A stretch of 64,000 nucleotides of DNA from Roseibacillus sp. (GTDB lineage Bacteria; Verrucomicrobiota; Verrucomicrobiia; Verrucomicrobiales; Akkermansiaceae): NCBI GenBank assembly GCA_002686085.1, contig NZAC01000002.1, positions 45,920 through 109,919 on the forward strand, in the 5' to 3' direction. Both the position numbers and the translations under genes were made by a program. Numbering within the stretch: position 1 is the first letter of the stretch; the number at the start of each line of letters is the position of its first letter. Positions 28,332 to 36,722 of this stretch are shown here, piece by piece. Under the pieces are notes generated by a model. It was not told where the DNA came from. It made no database searches and saw only the letters and a list, made by a program, of their open reading frames with translations.

Positions 28332-29885
28332 TTATCGGCGGCGGTAGGCCCAGAGATGAGCAGTTCCGCGGATATAAAGCGTATCATGGTCGAGAGCCGG
28401 GGAAACGGATGCGGATTCAGGCAGCTGAAAACGATGTGCCATCTCGAACTTACTGCCAGCTTTCACCACGGAGAGAATTCCCTGATCGGAGAGCAGGTAG
28501 AGATGTCCATTCGCCGCAACTGGGGATGCACTATATTGTCCGGTTCCTCCAAGACGTCCACGGTAGCTGAGTTTACCTGTCTCTGGGTCTACCGCCGCAA
28601 GTGTTCCCCCATTTCGAACCATGTAGATCCGGTCACGATAGAAAAGAGGCGAGGGAATCTCTGGCACACTGCGGTTGAGTTCCCAGGCGATATGTTCTTT
28701 CCCGAGCTCGCCCCGTCCTCCAGGAGTAATAGCCATGAGAATCGGCCTTCCCGGGCGGTTCGTGATATGGGCAGACAACTCCTGCTCCGTCCACAGGTTG
28801 TCGCGGTTCTTGTCGGCCCACCCGAAGATTCCCTGTTGACGCTCGCGCCGGCGTGCCGGGTCAGAGGGCAGGGGAATCCCCCATCCTGGGTGTCCCAGAG
28901 GGAGCTCAGGTCGTAGAGGCCACGTAAAATTTTCGGTAATCTCGTCCCTGCCAACTTTGCCGTCCTTATTCTTGTCGAATTTCAACATGGAGTCCCAGAA
29001 GGGCTTGGGGTCGATCTCGGCGTCGGATACCCCACCAAGTTGTGCAGAGGAAATGTAGATTTTGTCTCTGCCCTGGACCGGAATGGCGATGGTCTCGCGT
29101 GAAAAGCCTTTTGCGAACCATTTTTCCTGACCGGTCAGGGGGTTGTAGCCAACCACCCTCCCATGCCCAAGGACCACAAGCTCGTCAGCATCTTTGTGTC
29201 TCCAGATTGTCGGAGTCGACCAGCCACTTCGCAGGAAAGGTCGTGCGGTTTCCCATACCAGTTTCCCGTTAGCCCGGCTGAATGCGAGGACCCGGGAACG
29301 GCTCACTCTACTGTTCTCGAGATTAGCATCATCATCTGTAACAAGAATCAGAAGGTCTTTATAGGCAATCGGAGATGTAGAGGCTCCATAAAGGCTTTTT
29401 GAGGTCTGCAGGGGTTTTTTCCAGACCTCCGTCCCGTCGTGTTGGTAGGCAAGAAGGCCATAAGATCCGAAATAGACGTAAACTTTTTCTTTGTCGACAA
29501 GGGCAGAGGGAGAGGCAGGGGTGTTTGCCTTATGAACCTTTTGGAGAGGTTTTTCTGGCGCCGTACGACGCCAGAGTTCCTGGCCGTTTCTGCGATCGAG
29601 GGCAATGGTGAAGAGTCGTCCTTCATCGAAAGCGGTAAGAAAAATTCGGTCTCCGGCAATGACAGGGGACGAGAGACCAGCGGGTAGGGCTGCTTTCCAG
29701 GCTAAGTCGCCAGGCTGAATCATGACTGGGGGTTTGGACTCCTCCATGACGCCGGAGCCATCTGGGCCCCGGAACTGATTCCAAGTCTTCTTCGTTGCCT
29801 CACCAGCGTATCCAAGTGAAATCATGAGGATGCCGGTCAGGATCAAAATTCTGCTCACCTTGGAATCTTCCCTGTGCCCCGGCAA
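28332..29885 (-). CDS. PQQ-like beta-propeller repeat protein with an inserted EF-hand pair
   Basis: Signal peptide and a WNQFRGPDGSG N-terminal motif shared with the two neighbouring paralogues. Repeated propeller blades. EF-hand-like loops DKNKDGKVGRDE and DKNRDNLWTEQE. The start is uncertain because 29885 is a TTG. Confidence 0.65.
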   Translation of the reverse strand: MPGHREDSKVSRILILTGILMISLGYAGEATKKTWNQFRGPDGSGVMEESKPPVMIQPGDLAWKAALPAGLSSPVIAGDRIFLTAFDEGRLFTIALDRRNGQELWRRTAPEKPLQKVHKANTPASPSALVDKEKVYVYFGSYGLLAYQHDGTEVWKKPLQTSKSLYGASTSPIAYKDLLILVTDDDANLENSRVSRSRVLAFSRANGKLVWETARPFLRSGWSTPTIWRHKDADELVVLGHGRVVGYNPLTGQEKWFAKGFSRETIAIPVQGRDKIYISSAQLGGVSDAEIDPKPFWDSMLKFDKNKDGKVGRDEITENFTWPLRPELPLGHPGWGIPLPSDPARRRERQQGIFGWADKNRDNLWTEQELSAHITNRPGRPILMAITPGGRGELGKEHIAWELNRSVPEIPSPLFYRDRIYMVRNGGTLAAVDPETGKLSYRGRLGGTGQYSASPVAANGHLYLLSDQGILSVVKAGSKFEMAHRFQLPESASVSPALDHDTLYIRGTAHLWAYRRR

Positions 29886-30156
29886 GGAACCAAGGAGATT
29901 TTCGCCGCACTCTCAGGAGAGACATCTCCGTCCTCCCGTCGCAATGTGGGTAATTCTGCTTTTGAGGCAGAATAAGGAGGAGACCCTGTCCGTATGGGAT
30001 TACGGATTTCTACGCGGAGGTTCTACGATTCCAGCGATATTGGCTCCTTATAGCTGTCATGCTAATGGAGAAAAATCTGGCTAGAATACCGAGGGTTTTT
30101 ACGGCGTTGCAAGTTTAGGCGTGGAAAGGCCGTTTGAACTTATCCAGACTACAGCC

Positions 30157-31680
30157 ATGGTCTCGAGAAACATTAAATTTATGGTGAGCGGATTTTTTCT
30201 CCTCTGCGCCAATTATTGCCCTGCGGCCCCGTGGGCACAGTGGGGGGGGAGCCCAGACAAGAATATGGTTTCCCCTGAGCTGGGTTTGCCAATGGAGATT
30301 TCCGGAGGCGAGGAGAGGGAGGACCGGGAAGGAGAGATTAACCTTGCGAGTGCCAAGGGGTGCAAATGGGTCGTTGCCCTTGGTTCAGAGTCATATGGAA
30401 CGCCAACAGTGGGCAGTGGAGTGGTTCTGGTGGGAACGAATAATGAAAAGCCAAGAAACCCATCCATCGCAGGGGACCGTGGAGTAGTGATGGCTTTCCG
30501 GGAAAAGGACGGAGAGTTTCTCTGGCAGCTGACCGCACCTAAGCTTCCGGGCGGGGATGAGGTAGACTGGGAATACCTTGGGATCTGCTCGTCCACGTTG
30601 ATTGAAGGAGAGCGGGGGTATGTCATGACCAATCGGGGAGAGGTCGCTTGTCTCGACCTGAAGGGGCTGGTCAATGGCAATCAGGGCATTCAGAGCGAGG
30701 GTCAATATATGGCGGGGCCAGGTAAGAAGGGAGCTGATGTGGGGCCTACAGATGCCGATATTTTATGGACCTATGACATGATCAAGGAGCTTGGAGTTGT
30801 TCCACATAATATCACGAGTAGCTCCGTTGCTTTGGTGGAGGGAAAGATTGTGGCGACAACTTCGAATGGAATCAATGAAGAGCATGATCATATCCCTTCA
30901 CCGAAGGCACCTGCCTTGATCACATTGAATGCAATGACTGGAAAGCTCGAGGGCATCGAGAAGGCTGGCATCTCGGCGGCAACAATGCATTGCAATTGGT
31001 CTTCACCCTGCATTGGAAAACGGCGTGGGCGCCCTGCGATATTCTTCGGAGGTGGAGATGGCTTCCTGCATGCATTTGATCCTGCAGGAAAGAAGTCGGA
31101 TGAAGGCAGCCCTGTCCTGCAGGAGGATTGGCGGGTAGATGCCAATCCTCCGGAATATCGGTTTGATGAGGACGGTAAGCCTCGGGACTACCCGTCATAT
31201 CGGGGTCCGAGTGAAATTGTGGGAACCCCGGTTTATCATAAGGGAAAGGTGTTCGTGACGGTAGGGCAGGACCCGGAAAATGGAGATGGAGTGGGGATGC
31301 TCAGTTGCGTAGATGCAGAAACTGGAAAGCCGGATTGGACCTACAAGAAGATTAACCGCTCTCTATCAACTCCCTCCGTGAAGGACGGCCTCGTTTACAT
31401 TGCGGATTTCACTGGTCAGATTCATTGTGTCGATGCCAGCTCTGGTAAGGCGCTTTGGGTTCACGATACGCTAAGCCGAATCTGGGGTTCCACTCTGGTG
31501 GCAGACGGCCGGATCTATATTGGGACAGAGGATGGGGAAGTGATTATCCTGAAAGAGGGACGTAATCTTGAAGAGGTGGGGACTGCTGAGTTCTCAGGCC
31601 CTATTTATTCCAGTTTGGTGGCGGCCAATGGGACCTTATATGTCCAGACCCAGAACCATCTTTACGCTTTCGGGAAATAA
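30157..31680 (+). CDS. PQQ-like beta-propeller repeat protein
   Basis: The ATG at 30157 gives the signal peptide [25 protein letters not shown]. It has the [11 protein letters not shown] motif and repeated blades ([49 protein letters not shown]). Confidence 0.65.
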   Translation: MVSRNIKFMVSGFFLLCANYCPAAPWAQWGGSPDKNMVSPELGLPMEISGGEEREDREGEINLASAKGCKWVVALGSESYGTPTVGSGVVLVGTNNEKPRNPSIAGDRGVVMAFREKDGEFLWQLTAPKLPGGDEVDWEYLGICSSTLIEGERGYVMTNRGEVACLDLKGLVNGNQGIQSEGQYMAGPGKKGADVGPTDADILWTYDMIKELGVVPHNITSSSVALVEGKIVATTSNGINEEHDHIPSPKAPALITLNAMTGKLEGIEKAGISAATMHCNWSSPCIGKRRGRPAIFFGGGDGFLHAFDPAGKKSDEGSPVLQEDWRVDANPPEYRFDEDGKPRDYPSYRGPSEIVGTPVYHKGKVFVTVGQDPENGDGVGMLSCVDAETGKPDWTYKKINRSLSTPSVKDGLVYIADFTGQIHCVDASSGKALWVHDTLSRIWGSTLVADGRIYIGTEDGEVIILKEGRNLEEVGTAEFSGPIYSSLVAANGTLYVQTQNHLYAFGK

Positions 31681-31692
31681 TACCAGACCTGC

Positions 31693-32973
31693 TCACTGGT
31701 TGCGCAGGCCGTAGAGGGCCTTTTTAGTTCTCACGATGAGCATATCCCCGGAAACCGCGGGAGACCCCATGCATCCAGCTTCCAGTTCGTTCGTTGAGAT
31801 GACCTTGAAATTACGCTCAGCGGCAAGAACGGTGCCCTTCCCGTTTTCGTCGAACAGGTAGATCATCCCGCCGGCCATGATGGGAGAGGCGGAGAAGTTC
31901 CCCCCAATCCGCTTCTTCCATATTTCAGTGCCCGTCCGGGCATCGAGGCAAGCGGCGACTCCCCCATCATCGATCATGAAAAGAAGGTCGCCCCTGATAA
32001 GGATGGATGGCTTTTTCGGTGCCGCCTTCGTATATCGCCAAGCCACGTGACTCTCGGTAACGTGACCCTCTCCATCTGGACGAACGGCGAGGAGAATGCC
32101 CTTACTGAAGCCCATTGTGGTGTAGACCATCCCAAGGCCTGTGACCGGTCTGCAGGAGGTGGAATGAGTTCCAATCGTCTCCACCCGCCAAAGCTCCTTT
32201 CCAGTAGTTGGATTGTATCCATACAGAGCCATTGCTCCCGCACTGACGAGGACGGACTTTCCGCCGGGGGTTTTGACCATTATCGGAGTGCCATAGGCCT
32301 TGCGCATGTCGCCGTCTCTCTTCGGTTTTCCACTGGCGTCGAGATCGCGGTAATCGACGCTCCGAGGCGTTTTCCAGAGCGTCTTCCCAGTCAGCTTATC
32401 GAGTGCCACAACAAATTGATGATCAGCGCCGTCGAAGTTTAGGATAAGAGAATCACCATGGAGGATTGGAGAAGAGCCGGCGCCCCGGAAATGATCGCAG
32501 GTAAAGTCAGTACGTTTCCAGACAACCTCACCATCGGAAGCCCTGAGGCACGCTGTATATGGAGAGCCGAAAGTCAGGTATACTAATCCGTCTTCAAGCG
32601 CTGGAGTAGGTGAGGCGTAAGAGTTAAAGGCGTGACAGAACTGTGGTTTTTCCACCGTCCAAAGCAGCTTATCGTAGAGAACTTTGCCATTGGATTTGTT
32701 GAGACAGAGAACCGAGAGTTTCGTGCCCTCGACATTCGCATTTGTAACCCAGACTCGGTCCCCCCAGACCACGGGAGAAGACCAGGCCTTGCCCTGCAAG
32801 GGGGTTTTCCAAGCGACATTCCTCTCCTCATTCCATACCGTGGGTAATCCAGCATTTTCGGCCCGCCCATCCTCGCCGGGACCCCGGAACTGGTCCCAGT
32901 TCTCAGTCGCGTTGGAGAGGATGCAGAGAGCCGCGAGATAGAGAAGGGTGAGACATGCCTGACGGAAAAACAT
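31693..32973 (-). CDS. PQQ-like beta-propeller repeat protein
   Basis: Signal peptide MFFRQACLTLLYLAALCILSNA, the NWDQFRGPGEDG motif and repeated propeller blades. Confidence 0.65.
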   Translation of the reverse strand: MFFRQACLTLLYLAALCILSNATENWDQFRGPGEDGRAENAGLPTVWNEERNVAWKTPLQGKAWSSPVVWGDRVWVTNANVEGTKLSVLCLNKSNGKVLYDKLLWTVEKPQFCHAFNSYASPTPALEDGLVYLTFGSPYTACLRASDGEVVWKRTDFTCDHFRGAGSSPILHGDSLILNFDGADHQFVVALDKLTGKTLWKTPRSVDYRDLDASGKPKRDGDMRKAYGTPIMVKTPGGKSVLVSAGAMALYGYNPTTGKELWRVETIGTHSTSCRPVTGLGMVYTTMGFSKGILLAVRPDGEGHVTESHVAWRYTKAAPKKPSILIRGDLLFMIDDGGVAACLDARTGTEIWKKRIGGNFSASPIMAGGMIYLFDENGKGTVLAAERNFKVISTNELEAGCMGSPAVSGDMLIVRTKKALYGLRNQ

Positions 32974-33036
32974 GGTGAGATCCTCCTCTCCTCATCACTT
33001 CTGGTCAAAGGAGAAATACGGCCCTCTTCCTCACTC

Positions 33037-34830
33037 TCATGGAGCAGTTCGACCCAGTGGGGAAGGAAGCGTTTTCCCCTGCTGGTAGAGTTTCAGGCGT
33101 TCCTGTTGCTCCTTCTGCTTGTCTGGCCGCTGGCCGGCCTCCAGAAGTGCAATGACTTTCAAGGTTGTCTGAATTGCTGCAGGAAACTGGTTCGCAGCGG
33201 CGTGAGCGGCTGCGAGGGTAGAGAGAAGAGCTGGGTCATCGGTAGCACCCGGAGCCTGCATCATGAATTTTGCGTAACGGAGGGACTCCGCTCCATTCCT
33301 TACAGAGGAGTTGCCGGCGGTGGCCAAGAGCCACGAAACTCTGTTCAGGGCTGCAATCTGCTTTGGCGTGTATTTCAGGCTTGTGAGAAAAGAGGATAAG
33401 GCTTCCGCTTCTCGATTTTGCCGAAGAAAAATTTCGCCAAACTGGAAATGTACGGATCCGAGCTGCATGTTTCGTTTTTGTTCTGCCGGAATACCGGGGT
33501 TTCCAGGAGGGGCTTCGTGCTTCTCCAGAAAGCTGAGCAGGGAGGCACGGGCCTCTTCGAGATAGGCCCCTTCCATGGAGGCCCTCGAAAGTGCCACGGG
33601 ATCCGCAGGAAAATATTTTTTGGCCCATACTCCCTGGAAGGGAACGGCAGCCTCAAGCGCGGACTGAGGGTTTCTTCCAAGCTTCTCAAGGTCCGATATG
33701 ATGTGTGATACCTCTACCGGGCCTTTATAGATCGCGCTGAGCCACCCTCCCCGGTCGATCAGAAAACTTACTGGTACCGGCATCTGATGATGACGGTAGA
33801 CAGTCGCTAGAATCGATTGCTGAAGAAGCGAGAGGAGTCGTTCATCCGCCATCCCTCCCGCACCTCGAAACCCAAATTTTGCCAGAGCTCGTGCGGCATC
33901 CTCCGGAGTAATCTGTTCATCTGGATTGAGGTGGTCGACGTTTAGGGCGATAACCCTGATACCTTTGGATTCGAGCAAGCTACGAGAGCTCTCAAATGCC
34001 TCCAGTTCGGAAGCGCAAGGGGTGCACCAACTCGCCCAGAGATTGATGAGAACCGCCGTGCTTGCAGTCAGTCGAGTAATGCTTTGTGCCTTGCCCGAGA
34101 AATCCTGGTAGCTGAGCTCGGGAATCTTGAGAGGTTGCGAGAGCCGGATGCGAGCGACCTCCGTCGCCTCGGGGAGGCTTATTGGCTTAGCCGGAAGACT
34201 GACGGTCTCTCTCTTGCCTGCCTCTATCGCTTGCCCACGTTCCTGCGTCAGTATCCAGCGTTTCCCTTCCTCGAGCCCTTTAAATTCTTCTTCCGCTCCG
34301 CCCGCCCAGCGGACCTTTGCCGCTACAAGACGCTTGTCCGCGGCTCCAAGGCCAAAGTGAATCCACTTACTCGATTGGCTCATCAGGCCATTACCAGCGT
34401 GGAGGGTCTTTACCCGGCGCTGGGCAGAGTCAGAGAATATGAGTTCGACCTGCGACCCAATGGCATCCCGGGAACATTTGCTTGCCGGGTTGCCCACCAG
34501 TCTGAAGGAAATCCAGCGGGAGCTCTCCGGAGGAATCTTGTTCTGAAGGAACTGTAGACGAGGAGCGGAGCGGTTGGAGAACCAGAGATCCAAGTCTCCA
34601 TCGTGGTCCCAATCTGTAAGTGCAAGGCCTCTTCCATCCGAGGGCATTCCAAACCCACTGAGTGTTGAGATGTCGGCGAAGTCACCCTGCCCGGTGTTCA
34701 GGAAGGCACAATGCCGCTCCCTCCCGCTGAAGGAGGAGCCATCCCGAATGCGTTGGGCGAGATCGCTGAAAGCTCGAAGGTAGCCCTTGGTTCCCTCGTC
34801 CGGACTACTTGTCTCTGGTGCTTGCGACAC
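33037..34830 (-). CDS. ASPIC/UnbV-like + TlpA-like thioredoxin (WCTPC) + TPR-like protein; possibly the C-terminal part of a read-through product with 34852..36603
   Basis: No signal peptide. The GTG start is merely the first start-like codon, 7 codons after an in-frame TGA. FG-GAP-like blade LTDWDHDGDLDLWFSN, ASPIC/UnbV-like RDAIGSQVELIFSD...LHAGNGLMSQSS, thioredoxin motif WASWCTPC, and a helical TPR-like C-terminus. Confidence 0.6.
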   Translation of the reverse strand: MSQAPETSSPDEGTKGYLRAFSDLAQRIRDGSSFSGRERHCAFLNTGQGDFADISTLSGFGMPSDGRGLALTDWDHDGDLDLWFSNRSAPRLQFLQNKIPPESSRWISFRLVGNPASKCSRDAIGSQVELIFSDSAQRRVKTLHAGNGLMSQSSKWIHFGLGAADKRLVAAKVRWAGGAEEEFKGLEEGKRWILTQERGQAIEAGKRETVSLPAKPISLPEATEVARIRLSQPLKIPELSYQDFSGKAQSITRLTASTAVLINLWASWCTPCASELEAFESSRSLLESKGIRVIALNVDHLNPDEQITPEDAARALAKFGFRGAGGMADERLLSLLQQSILATVYRHHQMPVPVSFLIDRGGWLSAIYKGPVEVSHIISDLEKLGRNPQSALEAAVPFQGVWAKKYFPADPVALSRASMEGAYLEEARASLLSFLEKHEAPPGNPGIPAEQKRNMQLGSVHFQFGEIFLRQNREAEALSSFLTSLKYTPKQIAALNRVSWLLATAGNSSVRNGAESLRYAKFMMQAPGATDDPALLSTLAAAHAAANQFPAAIQTTLKVIALLEAGQRPDKQKEQQERLKLYQQGKTLPSPLGRTAP

Positions 34831-34854
34831 GACCTGCCGCCAGTAGAAACTTCA
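34821..34854 (-). promoter_or_regulatory. in-frame UGA plus a candidate SECIS-like hairpin
   Basis: Minus-strand RNA is UGAAGUUUCUACUGGCGGCAGGUCGUGUCGCAAG. The 5-bp stem GCGGC/GUCGC closes the loop AGGUCGU, which begins 16 nt after the UGA. The stem can be extended by C-G and U-A pairs across a G.A mismatch. Confidence 0.3.
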
Positions 34855-36603
34855 CAAGTCATCCGGGTCTCTCTGAGTGATGAATCCGTTGGTTACGAGG
34901 AGGTCCTCCCATCCATTGTTGTCGAGGTCAGCGAAGAGGGAACTCCATGCCCATCGACCCATGGTGGTACCGGAGGAAACGCTGACATCCTTGAAGCGCC
35001 CCTGGCCAAGGTTCTGAAAAAGTGAATTTCCTCTTGCATGGCGCTGATAAAGCGCCCGAGTTTCGGCTTTGCCTCCGCTCTTGAACTTTTCCTGAAAAGC
35101 AATGCGGTTACCGGCCGAGGAGAACATGTTTCCGACGTAGAGGTCGGCAAGTCCATTGTTGTCAAAGTCACCCCAGCATGCAGACATGCCGGCTGCGACA
35201 TCCCGCACACCGGCCTCGGCAGCTACGTCAGTGAAAGTGGATTTACCAGATTCTCGGAGAGCATTGCGGTAGAGGTTATTTCCGCCAAAATCATTGGCGA
35301 CGTAGAGGTCCATATCCCCGTCCTGGTCGTAGTCCTCCCAGCTGGCGGAATACGAGAACTTGCTGTTGCCGGGATGCAGACCCGCTTCCTTGGTCACATT
35401 GCGGAAGCGCAAGCTGCCTTCGTTCCTCAGTAGTTCATTGCGGCCTCCATTGGTAGCATCATGGTAGGGTAGTGGCCTTGCCACAAAGGAGTGGCGATTT
35501 GCTCCAGCCCGTTGCACGTAGCAGCTGGCAAAGAGGTCGAGATCTCCATCTTCGTCATAATCCGCCGCCGCCAGAGAATATGGAACAGCAGAAGGAAAGC
35601 TTTTTGCGGTTACCGGAGAAAAAGTTCCCGTTCCATCATTTTCAAGGATGAGAACCCCTGAAGCCATTGCAATGGCTGCATCCTGATCCCCGTCATTATC
35701 AAAGTCGGCGAACAGTGATCCAAAGCTGTGATCGAGAAGTCCAAGTCCAGATTCCCGGGATCGATCAATAACCGTGCCATCCTGCTGCTGAACGAACAGT
35801 CTGTTGGGGAGACCGCCGCCGTCGCAAAGGTAGATGTCATCAAGTCCGTCATTATTGATGTCGGCGGCAGCGAGTCCGTGCCAGCCTCCAATTTCGATAC
35901 CAAGAAGAGTCTCAATCCGGCCTACCCAGTGATCCATTCCATGGACGACCTGAGTCTTCTCCTCAAAGGAAGCAAGCACTGCGCCTGTGGAATCTGCCAA
36001 ACTTCCTCCAGTACCCCGAAGGCACTCCTCATGGCTTGTGACTTTCAGATCCAGAAGGGCAGGAGGATCATCCTTGGTCCACTGGGCGGTCCATCTGGCA
36101 TTTATCTGCAGCCTTGAATCGGCAATCTGAACATTGAGTGCAGTGGTTGCTGTTTCTCCGGAGAGGTCGACTTTGACGACTTTAATTTCGGCCATTGTCG
36201 CCTTGTCGTTGCTGAACTTACCGCGGAGATCTTGAAGAGCCTCAGAAAGATCCATTGGCTTGCCCTCGATATTGCTGGCCCGTTGGACATGAAAGGCTTC
36301 GCCAGCAGGAAGAGAGTTCATAAGGAATCCGCTCAGGGGGTGGCACGTTCCCGCTGGTGGAGTTGTAATCTTGGCACGGAGAAAGTCCTTGATTTCTTTC
36401 AGCTGGAGCCCGGTCGCGGAGGCAAAAACCTCGGTCTCCCACTCCGAGAGCGTTGGGTCAGGATCTGAATTAACTGTTTCCGGCGCTGACCGAGATTCGT
36501 TCCAAGCAGGGTCGGGACGTGACGGCTCTTCTTTCTTCTGTTGACAGGCCGAGGATAGCATTGTCAGGAAGAGCAGACTGGCCAAGCGAGAAGAAGAAAG
36601 CAT
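34852..36603 (-). CDS. FG-GAP/VCBS repeat protein (CRTAC1-like N-terminal part) with an export signal
   Basis: Signal/lipoprotein-like N-terminus MLSSSRLASLLFLTMLSSAC. Multiple FG-GAP-type Ca-binding loops (DINNDGLDD, DFDNDGDQD, DYDEDGDLD, DYDQDGDMD, DFDNNGLAD, DLDNNGWED). It ends at a TGA in frame with the next ORF. Confidence 0.7.
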   Translation of the reverse strand: MLSSSRLASLLFLTMLSSACQQKKEEPSRPDPAWNESRSAPETVNSDPDPTLSEWETEVFASATGLQLKEIKDFLRAKITTPPAGTCHPLSGFLMNSLPAGEAFHVQRASNIEGKPMDLSEALQDLRGKFSNDKATMAEIKVVKVDLSGETATTALNVQIADSRLQINARWTAQWTKDDPPALLDLKVTSHEECLRGTGGSLADSTGAVLASFEEKTQVVHGMDHWVGRIETLLGIEIGGWHGLAAADINNDGLDDIYLCDGGGLPNRLFVQQQDGTVIDRSRESGLGLLDHSFGSLFADFDNDGDQDAAIAMASGVLILENDGTGTFSPVTAKSFPSAVPYSLAAADYDEDGDLDLFASCYVQRAGANRHSFVARPLPYHDATNGGRNELLRNEGSLRFRNVTKEAGLHPGNSKFSYSASWEDYDQDGDMDLYVANDFGGNNLYRNALRESGKSTFTDVAAEAGVRDVAAGMSACWGDFDNNGLADLYVGNMFSSAGNRIAFQEKFKSGGKAETRALYQRHARGNSLFQNLGQGRFKDVSVSSGTTMGRWAWSSLFADLDNNGWEDLLVTNGFITQRDPDDL

Positions 36604-36722
36604 TGGTGAAGAGAACTTTCCAGTAAGGAGAACCTTCCGTCAACTATCTGCCGGAGCCAATCCTATGAGGTTGAGGAGATTCCGCCCAAATATGGAGGAA
36701 TTTGGGAGGAAAGCGGATCGGT

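Noticed and set aside
28101-28916. 271-aa plus-strand ORF spanning the end of the phosphoesterase gene and the 3' part of the propeller gene.
   Set aside because: It runs across a convergent gene junction, is antisense to a propeller gene with clear repeats, and has no motifs.
32974-33036. The ASPIC/TPR ORF and the following propeller ORF are also in the same frame, 21 codons apart.
   Set aside because: The propeller gene has its own ATG and a clear signal peptide, so this is a coincidence of frame.
36685-36706. Hairpin CCCAAAT-N8-ATTTGGG downstream of the CotH gene, considered as a terminator.
   Set aside because: The stem is AT-rich and no U-tract follows on the transcribed strand, so it is not convincing.
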